A DNA stretch of 64,000 nt, from assembly GCA_000146465.1 (NCBI GenBank), contig CP001947.1. One strand, given 5' to 3'. Made by a program: the position numbers and the translations under genes. Shown one piece after another: positions 19,868 through 29,659 of the stretch (positions within the stretch are counted from its first letter, which is position 1; the number at the start of each line of letters is the position of its first letter). The notes under the pieces were generated by a model that made no database searches, was not told the origin of the DNA, and was given only the letters and a program-made list of their open reading frames with translations.

Positions 19868-22669
19868 ATGCCCTTAAAAATGGAAACGAAGCATGCAAGC
19901 CTCATTGAGGCAAGAAGATACGAAGAACGCAAACTTCCCTCCGTAAAGGATATTTACACCGGGTCCGACCAGACATATGCAGTGCAGAAGATGATGGTGA
20001 AGAGAAGGGAAATAGGAATTCCAAATATCGAATACAGGAGATGCGGGATATTGTCTGTTATGGGAGCGTTGTGGTTCTCCAATGGCAAGAATTTGGTGAT
20101 CTGGAGATATGAAAGCAATGAGGAGGAAGAGATAGGGATGTTTTCGTCGGAGGTTTTGGAGGTGATCATTTTTGTTCCTAGGAGGGGGATCTTCAACGAG
20201 AGAATATCGCACTGCCTATTTGTTGCCACCGAGAAGCAAGTGATGATCTATGGGGTCGAGAAGGATACATTTTGTCTTGTCAACACCGACTTTGTAGCAT
20301 CCTCTCCAAGTTGTGTGAGATGTGCGTCGGTGGAGAATGGAGATGTGTTTATAGGATGTGAGAATGGAAGGGTATACCAGGTTGTTTACAAGAGTGTTGA
20401 CTCCTGGTCATTCAAGATAATGCATGTTTACGACCCAAGCTCGTCGATTCTTTCAAGCCTTGTTCCGTCTGTTCTGAAGCGGAAGAAGTCGGCAGTTAAG
20501 GCTTTAAGCATAGGAAAGAGCTTCATGGTTTGTCTCGGCAGAAATGCCTCGATCTACAACATTGAGGGGGGGATGTACAAAGTAAGAGATGTTGTGTTGT
20601 GCAGAGAATATATCGATGTGCAGATTGTCGATGAGAAAGAGGACTCTGTGTTTTTCTACTTGGTCCAGAGGGATGGATCAAGAGACTTCTACGAAAACGG
20701 GAGACTTGCAATGACTCGGAAGTCTCCGAACATTGGAGATATGACGGAGATCAAGGAAATGAAGGTTTGCACATCGAAAGACAGGCTTTGCATGGTACGG
20801 AACGGACACTACGACGGAAGCATTGTAACGATAATTTCTTTGAACGAAGACCAGATCTGCAATTTTGACAAGTTAAAGAGCTCTGAGAGTTATGAGGTGG
20901 TTGTTATGAAAAACGAAATAGAGTTGATTGGGATTGACGGTAGAACAATTTTCCTTCTGGGAAACAAAAGAATCTTTGTGTATGAAATCCAAACTATTGA
21001 AAAGTTTCTTTTGAGCTGCAGATCGGAAGAGATTTTTAGCATGTACAAGAGCTATGGGGAGAAGGAGATGCTAGTGCTATACTATGAGCTCCTAGCAGCC
21101 AACGAAGATGTGGGAAGACTGGAGTATCTTTGTTTGAAGAACGAGGATGCACAGCTCTCTGCGTTATTTCTGTATCTTTACAGGCTGATAAAGCCTATTC
21201 TGGGAATTCCATTTGAAGACATTCTGAACGGAGAGAAGAACATATATCTCGAGAGGATCCAGAGCAAGATCAAAAACATTCGGGGGAAAGTTCGATCCAA
21301 ACACTTGAGGATGGGATATGATTTTATAGATGAATTTCTGCAGACGTGCTTCTACATGAATGTATTGTACGAGTACTCGGTTAATTTAGAGGGGAAATCA
21401 TTAGAGTATGTTCTTCTTGAAGACAGTGAAGAATTTAAGAAAAGAACACTTAAGTCTATTCTCGAGATGTTCAAGGTCAACCAAAGTGTCGAGCCCCTAA
21501 TAAAGACCCTCAGTGCTCGATGTCCGTTGTTTCTTCCTATGGAAGAGGTTTACTACCAGAGGGGCCTTGAGATGTTGAACAAGAAGCCATCAAAAGAGGT
21601 ATTGTTTGAGTCCCTTAACAACCTTAAGAATGTCCAATACAACGAAAGTCTTATTAGGAAATACAATGAGTTTGGCTTCTACTACGGAAGCACAGCACTT
21701 ATCAGGGAGAACTTTAACTTTGACTTTGAGTATGGGGTTGAGATCTTGAAGAAGAGTGTTAGATGTGTTGGGGCGTTAAACCTTGCATTGGAGGATCCAA
21801 GAGAAGACTTTCTGTATGCATTGTTTGAAGCATTAATCGACATTCTGAAGGAGAATGGGTTTGGAAAGGAGTGCAGCTGCTGTGACAAATGTGGTACCAT
21901 GTCTTTGAATGATTTGATCAAGATATCTGTTCCTTTTCTTGAGAAGTTCCTAAAGGAAAAGGCCATGTCATCGAGCGACCCAAGGATATTTGAGCTCCAT
22001 TGGAAGTACTGTGTCTACAGAAACGACAAGGTGAAGGGGACACAGTCTTTATTGGAGTTGGCAGACAACAAGGCAGTAACGCTGGAGACAAAGATCGATC
22101 TTCTGAAGACAGCCTTGAGTGTATCTGTTAATACGGATCTGTTCAACGAAGTCAAGCTTCGGTTGGAGCTTGCAGACATACAGGTCGAGGTTTTGAAGAG
22201 GGGCAGGGTCGATCCAATGATAAGCAATAATCTCTTGTCTGCGGACGAGTTGTTCAATGACTATGCATATAAATACCCCGAACTTGCTCTTAAGATTATT
22301 GGAATATCGAGCTATACAGATAAGGCTGTCATCAAAGAGTTATGGGAGGAAGGGATGAACGGAGACTTCGACTCGGCAATGAGGTTCCTAGGAACAGTCA
22401 AAACCTCTGGGCCGGCAAAGGACTGTAACATAGTTGGAGACATTCTATGCTCTAAGATGAGTAAGGGAAAAAAACTAGGAAAGGCGTTGGCAAGTGCTGG
22501 GTTCAGCTACCTTGAGATTGTGAGCTTTCTGGAAGAAAAGATCAAGGGAGAAGAATACAACCATCCTGAGATGAAGAAGATGCTCTTAAACGACCTCAAG
22601 GAGTTTTCCAACAACAACGAGTTCTATCTCAGGATTGAAGAATATTGCAGGAAGAAATATGGAATTTAG
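19868..22669 (+). CDS. large scaffold nucleoporin, Nup155/Nup170-like
   Basis: 933 aa. The N-terminal segment GILSVMGALWFSNGKNLVIWRY resembles the Nup170/155 motif GIFPEI.RAW..VDN.LfLW.Y. A beta-propeller-like N-terminal half is followed by a helical C-terminal half. Confidence 0.5.
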   Translation: MPLKMETKHASLIEARRYEERKLPSVKDIYTGSDQTYAVQKMMVKRREIGIPNIEYRRCGILSVMGALWFSNGKNLVIWRYESNEEEEIGMFSSEVLEVIIFVPRRGIFNERISHCLFVATEKQVMIYGVEKDTFCLVNTDFVASSPSCVRCASVENGDVFIGCENGRVYQVVYKSVDSWSFKIMHVYDPSSSILSSLVPSVLKRKKSAVKALSIGKSFMVCLGRNASIYNIEGGMYKVRDVVLCREYIDVQIVDEKEDSVFFYLVQRDGSRDFYENGRLAMTRKSPNIGDMTEIKEMKVCTSKDRLCMVRNGHYDGSIVTIISLNEDQICNFDKLKSSESYEVVVMKNEIELIGIDGRTIFLLGNKRIFVYEIQTIEKFLLSCRSEEIFSMYKSYGEKEMLVLYYELLAANEDVGRLEYLCLKNEDAQLSALFLYLYRLIKPILGIPFEDILNGEKNIYLERIQSKIKNIRGKVRSKHLRMGYDFIDEFLQTCFYMNVLYEYSVNLEGKSLEYVLLEDSEEFKKRTLKSILEMFKVNQSVEPLIKTLSARCPLFLPMEEVYYQRGLEMLNKKPSKEVLFESLNNLKNVQYNESLIRKYNEFGFYYGSTALIRENFNFDFEYGVEILKKSVRCVGALNLALEDPREDFLYALFEALIDILKENGFGKECSCCDKCGTMSLNDLIKISVPFLEKFLKEKAMSSSDPRIFELHWKYCVYRNDKVKGTQSLLELADNKAVTLETKIDLLKTALSVSVNTDLFNEVKLRLELADIQVEVLKRGRVDPMISNNLLSADELFNDYAYKYPELALKIIGISSYTDKAVIKELWEEGMNGDFDSAMRFLGTVKTSGPAKDCNIVGDILCSKMSKGKKLGKALASAGFSYLEIVSFLEEKIKGEEYNHPEMKKMLLNDLKEFSNNNEFYLRIEEYCRKKYGI

Positions 22670-22764
22670 AAATAAACCTTGAGATTTTTATTCTAACGTC
22701 TAGCCCGTAACCGTGAACCAGATAAACCGAAGATTGGATTTAATCTTGAAAATTTTACCATGGG

Positions 22765-23619
22765 ATGCGGTGGATCTCAAACATCCTTCGAGAAGCCAGG
22801 AAATCCTGCTTTGGGAGAGAAATAACATCGACGTTTGACACGTATAATGCAGAGGCAAATGAAATAGTCACACCGCAAACATGCAGTGGTGTGAAAACCG
22901 AGGTATCAAAGACACTTGCGCCGTTTCTCCAGGTGTCGAGGGTAGATATTCTCGATAGAAATGCACACACTAGCCAGATGTTTGGGACTCTGAGCCTGAA
23001 GAACACCCTGGTACAGGTTAGCATGGACCATGAAAACAGCGTTGGGTTCAGGGCTATGAACATGTCTGGAAACCTTATCACTAAAATACACACAATAATT
23101 ACAGGAAGGAAAGAAGTGTTTAGCCAGGTTGAGCTTGAAATGAAGAATCGAATCAATAACTTTGGGCTAAAGCTGATAAGCCCGGCGGTAAAGAGTACTG
23201 GGATGGTGTATGTTGCGAATACTCTTCATCAATTTGGGTCTTTGAGCCTTGGAGGAGAAGTTATAGGTGCAGACTCGGAGCTTGGAGTCTCTGTGTGTGG
23301 AAGATACGAGCACAGAAATGGGGTTTTTTCTGTAGGTTTACAACAGTTTACTGCTTTAAGTCTCAACTACTATCATAAACTAGGGAAGTATCTTGACGTG
23401 GGTACTGAGGTGCAGATTCCAAAGTCTTGCCCTCCCAGTGCTGCTGTGGGATGTAGACTAACAACTTCAAAAACTCAGATGAAAGCAAATGTGAACAGCG
23501 ACATGTCCCTTAGTTTTTGCCTTGGCGAAAAGTTAACAGAAGGACTAAGCTTCAATGTGAATGCCGAAGTCAACAAGTCTGGATGCACGCATGGATTTGG
23601 GTTTTCCTTGGAATTCTAA
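22765..23619 (+). CDS. TOM40: mitosomal outer-membrane translocase channel TOM40 (eukaryotic porin family)
   Basis: 284 aa of alternating beta-strand pattern. SKTLAPFLQVSRV resembles Tom40 nKgLs..FqvsH. C-terminal HGFGFSLEF is the porin-3 terminal strand. The N-terminus is uncertain (see findings). Confidence 0.6.
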   Translation: MRWISNILREARKSCFGREITSTFDTYNAEANEIVTPQTCSGVKTEVSKTLAPFLQVSRVDILDRNAHTSQMFGTLSLKNTLVQVSMDHENSVGFRAMNMSGNLITKIHTIITGRKEVFSQVELEMKNRINNFGLKLISPAVKSTGMVYVANTLHQFGSLSLGGEVIGADSELGVSVCGRYEHRNGVFSVGLQQFTALSLNYYHKLGKYLDVGTEVQIPKSCPPSAAVGCRLTTSKTQMKANVNSDMSLSFCLGEKLTEGLSFNVNAEVNKSGCTHGFGFSLEF

Positions 23620-23643
23620 CGCCGCTCCTGGAAGGAAAAGAAG

Positions 23644-24552
23644 TTAGTAGTTGCATGGAACCAGCTCATAAGCCCTAAAGAAGTCTTTTACTTCCTTAAG
23701 ATATTGCTCTAAAGTTATTATGAATGGGTTTGGGCCTGCATCAAATGTGTAAGCAACTCTTACTTTGTCTCTGTTGAACCTGTGGCACATTTCAATAACT
23801 TGGAAGCCATCGTCTTTTATATATCTGATTGGGGGATATGTCTCCATGAGCATACCATGGAACTCGTTGGATTCCCTCATAGTGAGGTAGGCAAACCCAT
23901 CAAAGTCCTTCTGGGAAATGCACTTGGCCATAGCTTCAACCTTCTCTTTCATCCTAGCAAGTCTTTCTTGATAAAACTCACTTGTTTCTCTTGTCCGGAT
24001 CATTCCTTCTGTACTCCCTATCTTCTTCGGATCTTTCGACAACACAATAGAAAGGATTTTTATTTCCCTCCAGCTAGGAAGTTTCTCCACAAACACCCCG
24101 TCAAACAAATGAATTCCCGGAGATATACTTCTTCCTGCGCTCCCTGATCCGATCCTTGCAATTCTACACAACTCCTCCTCCGATGTTTTAAGGCCGTAAA
24201 AATCATCCAAAGCCAGTGCTAATGCTGCAAATCCAGATGCAGATGATGCAAGTCCACAGGAATGAGGAAAGTTATTGAATGACCTGACACAGATAGATCT
24301 CCTATCTCCCGACCTTGTTCTGAATATCTCCACAACTTGGCTCATTTTCTTTCCAAAGGAGAGCATCTCGCCGTTCAAGTAGAACCTGTCTGAGTTGGAA
24401 TATTCAACAGTCGTTTCAGTCTGAAAGTTTGTCAAGGGAAAGGAGACAGATGAATTTGAAGGGGTGTTGTTTATTGTATCTACCTTCCCCCAGTACTTTA
24501 TAACTGCAATGTTAGGATGGGATCTTCCATAACCCAACGATGAGTCTTTCAT
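23644..24552 (-). CDS. MVD1: diphosphomevalonate decarboxylase
   Basis: 302 aa with the GHMP-kinase fold motifs NIAVIKYWGK, GLASSASGFAALA and SGSAGRS. Confidence 0.9.
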   Translation of the reverse strand: MKDSSLGYGRSHPNIAVIKYWGKVDTINNTPSNSSVSFPLTNFQTETTVEYSNSDRFYLNGEMLSFGKKMSQVVEIFRTRSGDRRSICVRSFNNFPHSCGLASSASGFAALALALDDFYGLKTSEEELCRIARIGSGSAGRSISPGIHLFDGVFVEKLPSWREIKILSIVLSKDPKKIGSTEGMIRTRETSEFYQERLARMKEKVEAMAKCISQKDFDGFAYLTMRESNEFHGMLMETYPPIRYIKDDGFQVIEMCHRFNRDKVRVAYTFDAGPNPFIITLEQYLKEVKDFFRAYELVPCNY

Positions 24553-24616
24553 TCAAGGGTCATTTATTTTCGATTGATCCGTTTTGTTGAGGCAAGCCAG
24601 AACTCGGTACTCAGAT

Positions 24617-24955
24617 CTAGAATTCATATTTGTCTTCCATTCTGCAAGTTGCTGCATATGCCAAGATACACAACTTTCTGAGGTGTTCGTAATGTACATA
24701 TTCTTTGAATACATCCCTTTTCTCTGGAGCTCTTGTTTGGTTCCTTACTTTCTGCCTTTGGTTCTGGAACCATATTTGAACTGTCCTTGGGCTTGTACCC
24801 AGGGTCTTTGACAGCTCTTCCCGAGTAGATGTAGAAGGGAATGGGTTTTCCTTAAAGGAGTCCACCAGAATTTCTACTTGCCCTGGCGACATCCTTGTTC
24901 TAGAATTCTTACTATTTTTCTTGGTGTATATCCTCATATCACCAAATAAGCTCAT
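24617..24955 (-). CDS. homeobox protein (typical 60-aa homeodomain)
   Basis: 112 aa with a complete homeodomain RTRMSPGQVEILVDSF...RTVQIWFQNQRQKVRNQ. Confidence 0.85.
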   Translation of the reverse strand: MSLFGDMRIYTKKNSKNSRTRMSPGQVEILVDSFKENPFPSTSTREELSKTLGTSPRTVQIWFQNQRQKVRNQTRAPEKRDVFKEYVHYEHLRKLCILAYAATCRMEDKYEF

Positions 24956-25085
24956 TATTTTATTTTTCGGATGAAACAGGCAAGCATCCTATTAAAGAAG
25001 AGAAAGCTATGCTTTTTCAGCGAGGCGAGTATAATTAGAGAGGTTGGCCATTCATCGAAGACAAAGACATAAATCTTCTGTGGCT

Positions 25086-25125
25086 TTCTGGAAAGAAGAC
25101 ATCCACATATCTTGTACTTCTCGAA
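25086..25125. promoter_or_regulatory. two heat-shock-element-like TTCnnGAA dyads in the divergent homeobox/CCT6 promoter
   Basis: TTCTGGAA at 25086-25093 and TTCTCGAA at 25118-25125, located 45-85 nt upstream of the CCT-zeta ATG. Confidence 0.3.
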
Positions 25126-25169
25126 GAAAACGTTTCTCAGTGTTAATCCATCTGCAAAAATTTACCCCA

Positions 25170-26702
25170 ATGAATTCCACGCATTCAGAGGCTCAGGTCA
25201 CACAGTTTGGACAAGCAATTCGAATCAACAACAATACGGCTGCCACGCTTTCTGCATTGTTTTCGTCAAGTATTGGTCCATTTGGAAGTTACAAGGCACT
25301 AATCTCCCCTGGACAGACTCTTCGTATCACAAAAGATGGAAATACTCTGTGCAGGGAAATTCAATTCACGCATCCTACATCGATCATCATCACAAGAGCA
25401 GCAACATCTATGTACACCACATTTGGAGATGGGTCAACAACGCTGATTGTTCTATGCTGTGGAATATTCAATGATGCATTCCGACACTTCGAAAATGGGG
25501 TTCCGATCCCCAGAATATGTGCTTCGCTCCAGACATGTCTCAACGACATCATGGGATACCTAAAGACGTTGGAGAAGCCGTTTGAGGAAGACACACTCTG
25601 CAAGATGGCTTACAGCATCATTAGAACCAAGGTTGATGAGGACATGGCTAAAAAGCTGTCGAAGATACTGGTTCAAGCAGTTGAGAATGCCATCCAATCC
25701 AAGTTTTTCGACATAAATATGGTGGAAGTGATCAAGATGCAGGAGGGGGATGTGTCTGAAACCACATATGTAGATGGGCTTGTGCTTGACCATGGAGGAA
25801 GACACTATGCAATGCCTGATAAACTCGAGGATGTTTGCATCTTGATAACCAACATGTCTCTTGAGTATGAGAAGCCAGAGATAAATGCAGAATTCTGCTA
25901 TAGCTCTGCAGAGCAGAGGGATGAGCTTGCAGGGCGGGAGCGAGAGTTCATTTTACAAAGATGCAGGGCGATTGCCGAGTTTGGAAAGAAAATCAAAGAA
26001 AGCCATGGAAAAAGACTGATGGTGGTGTCGGAAAAGGGAATTGATCCCTACTCTTTGGAGGTGTTTGCATCCTCGGGGATCCTTGCTCTAAGAAGGGCAA
26101 AAAGAAGAAATCTAGAAAGGCTTGTGAGAATGTGTGGAGGAAGTCTTATTACACAGGTTAGCCAGCTCAGCGAAAAGGTGCTGGGATACTGCCAGAAGGT
26201 AAGTGTCAGGAAGATGGGGGACGAGATGTTTACCTTTATTGAAGGAACACCATTCAAAGGGTCTTGTACAATTCTGATAAGAGGAAACAGCCAGCATGAA
26301 ATGTCCAGGATGGAGTCTGGAATCAGAGGAGCCCTGAAAAGCCTGTATATATCTTTGAAGGGTAAGACGTATATTGAGGGAGGCTATTCTCTTTACAGAT
26401 CCTTGATTTCCTATATAAGAAAACAAATGGACAGTGTTTCCGAAAAGGATGTGATCGGATATAAGGTCATGGAAAACTCTTTTCTTAATGTGACCAAGGC
26501 CTTGTTAAGAAACTCTGGAAAGGACATACAGGAAGAGCTTACAAGGATCCTTAGAGGAGGGGAATGTGGGAATGTTGTTGACAATGCCTCGGTGGTCTCG
26601 GCAGTGATTTCCAATTCTACAGTTGTTGCCACAAACCTGCTGCTGGTTGATGAGATAATCAAGGCAGGAAAGCCAATAAAGGAAAACAAACCTGAAAATT
26701 AA
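25170..26702 (+). CDS. CCT6: T-complex chaperonin subunit zeta (CCT6)
   Basis: ITKDGNTLCREIQFTHPT and TFGDGSTT match the zeta signature LTKDGnvLL.EMQIQhPTA..GDGTT. Start set to the ATG at 25170 (MNSTHSEAQ); the 42 upstream codons are unlike any CCT. Confidence 0.8.
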   Translation: MNSTHSEAQVTQFGQAIRINNNTAATLSALFSSSIGPFGSYKALISPGQTLRITKDGNTLCREIQFTHPTSIIITRAATSMYTTFGDGSTTLIVLCCGIFNDAFRHFENGVPIPRICASLQTCLNDIMGYLKTLEKPFEEDTLCKMAYSIIRTKVDEDMAKKLSKILVQAVENAIQSKFFDINMVEVIKMQEGDVSETTYVDGLVLDHGGRHYAMPDKLEDVCILITNMSLEYEKPEINAEFCYSSAEQRDELAGREREFILQRCRAIAEFGKKIKESHGKRLMVVSEKGIDPYSLEVFASSGILALRRAKRRNLERLVRMCGGSLITQVSQLSEKVLGYCQKVSVRKMGDEMFTFIEGTPFKGSCTILIRGNSQHEMSRMESGIRGALKSLYISLKGKTYIEGGYSLYRSLISYIRKQMDSVSEKDVIGYKVMENSFLNVTKALLRNSGKDIQEELTRILRGGECGNVVDNASVVSAVISNSTVVATNLLLVDEIIKAGKPIKENKPEN

Positions 26703-26772
26703 AGTCATTTCAATCGACTTGTGGATGGTGTGTTTGGAAAGTGTCCAAGGGCATTGTCTTGTCCTAAATATT

Positions 26773-28737
26773 TTATTTGAACAAACTTCTACTATTTGCA
26801 AATCTCGAAAATGCATTTGGAACCGACTGATCAGATTCTTCTTCCTTTTTCTGCAGTGTTGGGGGAATAGGAGGAGGATTGCTGGTTATGGATTGGAAGA
26901 TATTGGACGGAGAGAAGTTTCCGAATAGACCTCCGAACTGTGGAGAGCCTGTTTGGGAAATAGGCTGTCCAAAGATGCTGGAGTTTTGTATTGTCTGTGT
27001 GGAGGGGGGAAGATGGGTTTCTTTTGGTACCACCTCATTTGTAGCAAGGTCCTTAGGAGGTCTATCTTCTACCTTTTTGGGGAATGTGTCCCTTTGCTGC
27101 TGAGCCGGCTTTTCCTTCTTTTCTTCAATGTTATCCACAGGTCCTTGGTTAAGGCTAAAGTGATCCACAAAACTCCCTCCTAAGTCGTCATTCTCCAACT
27201 TCTTCTCTATGTAGTCAACATTTTCCAATGTCTTCTGAACTCTTGGAGATGTCATATCCAGTCTGTGCCCAACCCCTTCTACCTTCTCGATGCCGTAGAA
27301 CAAAGGCTTGGTGTAATGCACAACCCTCTTTCTTCGCCCCTTCGAAATTCCCTCTATGGAGCTATCAATAAATCTTATTGCATTTTTCACACTTTCCTCA
27401 TCAATCCCTTTGTATACTTCAAGGCTACTAAGCATCAAGGAAAGCTGTTCAGCCATTTCGTTTTCTATCGATTTGTACCTTTCAAGCCTCATGATATTTC
27501 CATATACTTGCTCGACAGACAATGACAGATCGTTTGCATTGTATTTGTACATCCGGAAGGTCTTCTTTTCAACCCGTATGCTTTGGAAGTCTCTGGAGAT
27601 CTCATCTATCTGAGAAGCAATGCTTTCAAGTAGTGCATCCACCCGGGAATCCCCCGTTGATTTTATGCAGGAGGTGGAGGCATCTTCTTGAGGCTTATTT
27701 TCTTCCTTTTCTATCGAAGTATTGTTTTCCTTGGCAGAGTCCAATAGACTATTTAGAGATGAAAACGTTGTCTTCTCCTTTTCTTCCTTCTTATCGAGTA
27801 GGACTGTGTCCTCTTCACCTATAATCTTCAGTCCTCCTTCTTTTGAAATAGTATATCTTTTTTCCGTGAAGTTGATGTCTCCTCCAACTTCTTTTTCGCT
27901 TTCTATTCCACACGTCTCGAACCTGCTCAAAACCCCATCCTCATCAATGAGATACACATACTCTCCAGAGTAGTCCATTCCCGTCAAATATCTGACATTG
28001 AACTCCTCGTCTGTCCTCAGTCCCAAAAGTTTGATTTCCTCTTCTAATTCCAATTCCTGAAGATCACTCCCAAGAAGTAAGAACTTCGAAGAGTTGCTGG
28101 ATCCCAATAGATTTACCCCATGAAGGTCACAGTGATAGTAGCACGGCTCTGAATTTCTATCGTAGTCTACATCTCCTCTATGAAGTATATTCTCAGTCTC
28201 ACTATTTCCAAGAATTAGACTCTTCTCTGTTACAACTATGATTCCATCTCCGCTGCAGCTTCTTAAAAGCTTCTTCACACCTTTGTAATCCTTGAACTTC
28301 TCGTCAACTCCAACTATAAAGTCCGGAAGGAGAAAGTCTTTCACATCCTCCCATCTCTTCACATACCTCCCATCTTTGAAAACATCCACACATCCATCTT
28401 CTGATAAAATCCCCAAGTACTCTCCCCATACTTCTCCCCTTTTTATCTTAGCTTCCATGCTTATCCTTTCAATGGCGGAATTGGAGAAGTTCAGAATGAT
28501 AATTTCGTTTTGCTTTGTCACAACAATCTTCTCCCCATCCTTGCTCAAGTAGATGACATCGTCCTCAAATCTTTTTTCGTTGAGAAACAATGTGCTACCA
28601 GACACAACTACTCTATAGCCTTTAACTACAAGAACTCTTGAATACTCCTTCGGCCCAGACTTCCCCCATCCTTTATCTCTTTCCTTCAATACAAAACTGA
28701 GTTTCCTCTCCATCTCTCTGGTTTCAATCCTTTTCAT
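26773..28737 (-). CDS. FG-repeat nucleoporin (beta-propeller, coiled coil, then C-terminal FG; Nup214/Nup159-like layout)
   Basis: 654 aa. The C-terminal 60 residues carry IFG/QFG/LFG repeats in an S/P/Q/N-rich context, the middle is heptad-rich, and the N-terminal half looks like a beta-propeller. Confidence 0.45.
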   Translation of the reverse strand: MKRIETREMERKLSFVLKERDKGWGKSGPKEYSRVLVVKGYRVVVSGSTLFLNEKRFEDDVIYLSKDGEKIVVTKQNEIIILNFSNSAIERISMEAKIKRGEVWGEYLGILSEDGCVDVFKDGRYVKRWEDVKDFLLPDFIVGVDEKFKDYKGVKKLLRSCSGDGIIVVTEKSLILGNSETENILHRGDVDYDRNSEPCYYHCDLHGVNLLGSSNSSKFLLLGSDLQELELEEEIKLLGLRTDEEFNVRYLTGMDYSGEYVYLIDEDGVLSRFETCGIESEKEVGGDINFTEKRYTISKEGGLKIIGEEDTVLLDKKEEKEKTTFSSLNSLLDSAKENNTSIEKEENKPQEDASTSCIKSTGDSRVDALLESIASQIDEISRDFQSIRVEKKTFRMYKYNANDLSLSVEQVYGNIMRLERYKSIENEMAEQLSLMLSSLEVYKGIDEESVKNAIRFIDSSIEGISKGRRKRVVHYTKPLFYGIEKVEGVGHRLDMTSPRVQKTLENVDYIEKKLENDDLGGSFVDHFSLNQGPVDNIEEKKEKPAQQQRDTFPKKVEDRPPKDLATNEVVPKETHLPPSTQTIQNSSIFGQPISQTGSPQFGGLFGNFSPSNIFQSITSNPPPIPPTLQKKEEESDQSVPNAFSRFANSRSLFK

Positions 28738-28843
28738 TTCAACACAATTCAGGCATTTCCACAGAAATATATTTTATCAGCGAAAACAGTATGGTAGGAA
28801 TTATTTATTCTTAGTTACATTGTCTACTTGATGAAGGCCTGCA

Positions 28844-29659
28844 CTAGTCACACCCAACCTTGTAGTCCAGGGCTGCAAGTGCTATTGCAAACGCCTGCAG
28901 TCCAGACCAGGGATATGTGTAGTCAAGTATGTACTTGAATCGTGAGATTTTTCCAAATGTCAGGGTTACATATGTGGGCTCGAGAGGATGTATAAGCTGG
29001 AAATTCTTCACAGAGGGTGTGGTGACCCGTCCATTGAAGTTTAGAGAGTAGCTGTTGGTTTCTGCATTGTAGTAGGGTTCCTTGTTCTTCATCACAACAG
29101 GCTCCTCTAGGGACGATCCCGACACCCCCATAAACATTACAGAAAATGATCTCGGGCCCCGTCTTTTGAATATAGATGTTGCATATTTGATCTCCAGGAC
29201 CGCTTTCTCTCCTTGGTGGAGAATATACTTTGTTCCAAACAGGTTAGACCTCAAGTATCCCACCTTCTCTTCATTCCCCAGGCCGAGAAGGTATATCTCA
29301 AATCCACACATGACTCTATAGGCCTTAAATAGCTTGTTAGGCCCATACTCGTGGCTTTCATAGAGATATTCATTGAAAAACCCATGGCAGACATCCACTC
29401 TTCCCCTAGATGTTCTACCAACAGGATATGGCTCGAGGACACTGGCAATCCTTTCCTCCAGAGCATGTCCATCATCCGCTACAATGTTTAGTTCCTCTGC
29501 TCCGCTGTCAGACATGTTATCCAAGTACTCGATAACTCTGTTTTCGCTTGGGGAGTACGAAAATTCATAGACCACCGGAGACAAGGAACACTGCTCTCCA
29601 TCTCCAGTGTCATGTGCATGGTCGATAGATACAGTCACATGTCTGCTTTCCCTCTCCAT
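28844..29659 (-). CDS. Tubby-family protein
   Basis: C-terminal Tub signature FNGRVTTPSVKNFQL...TLTFGKISRFKYILDYTYPWSGLQAFAIALAALDYKVGCD. Confidence 0.8.
   Translation of the reverse strand: MERESRHVTVSIDHAHDTGDGEQCSLSPVVYEFSYSPSENRVIEYLDNMSDSGAEELNIVADDGHALEERIASVLEPYPVGRTSRGRVDVCHGFFNEYLYESHEYGPNKLFKAYRVMCGFEIYLLGLGNEEKVGYLRSNLFGTKYILHQGEKAVLEIKYATSIFKRRGPRSFSVMFMGVSGSSLEEPVVMKNKEPYYNAETNSYSLNFNGRVTTPSVKNFQLIHPLEPTYVTLTFGKISRFKYILDYTYPWSGLQAFAIALAALDYKVGCD

Noticed and set aside
26199-26204. GTAAGT inside CCT6 (and a second one on the minus strand inside MCM5 near 4270-4285) as possible introns
   Set aside because: The reading frames run straight through these sites with family-consistent protein sequence (..QKVSVRKM.., ..AIVSKYNTGG..). 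No frame break or downstream AG-restored frame is needed.
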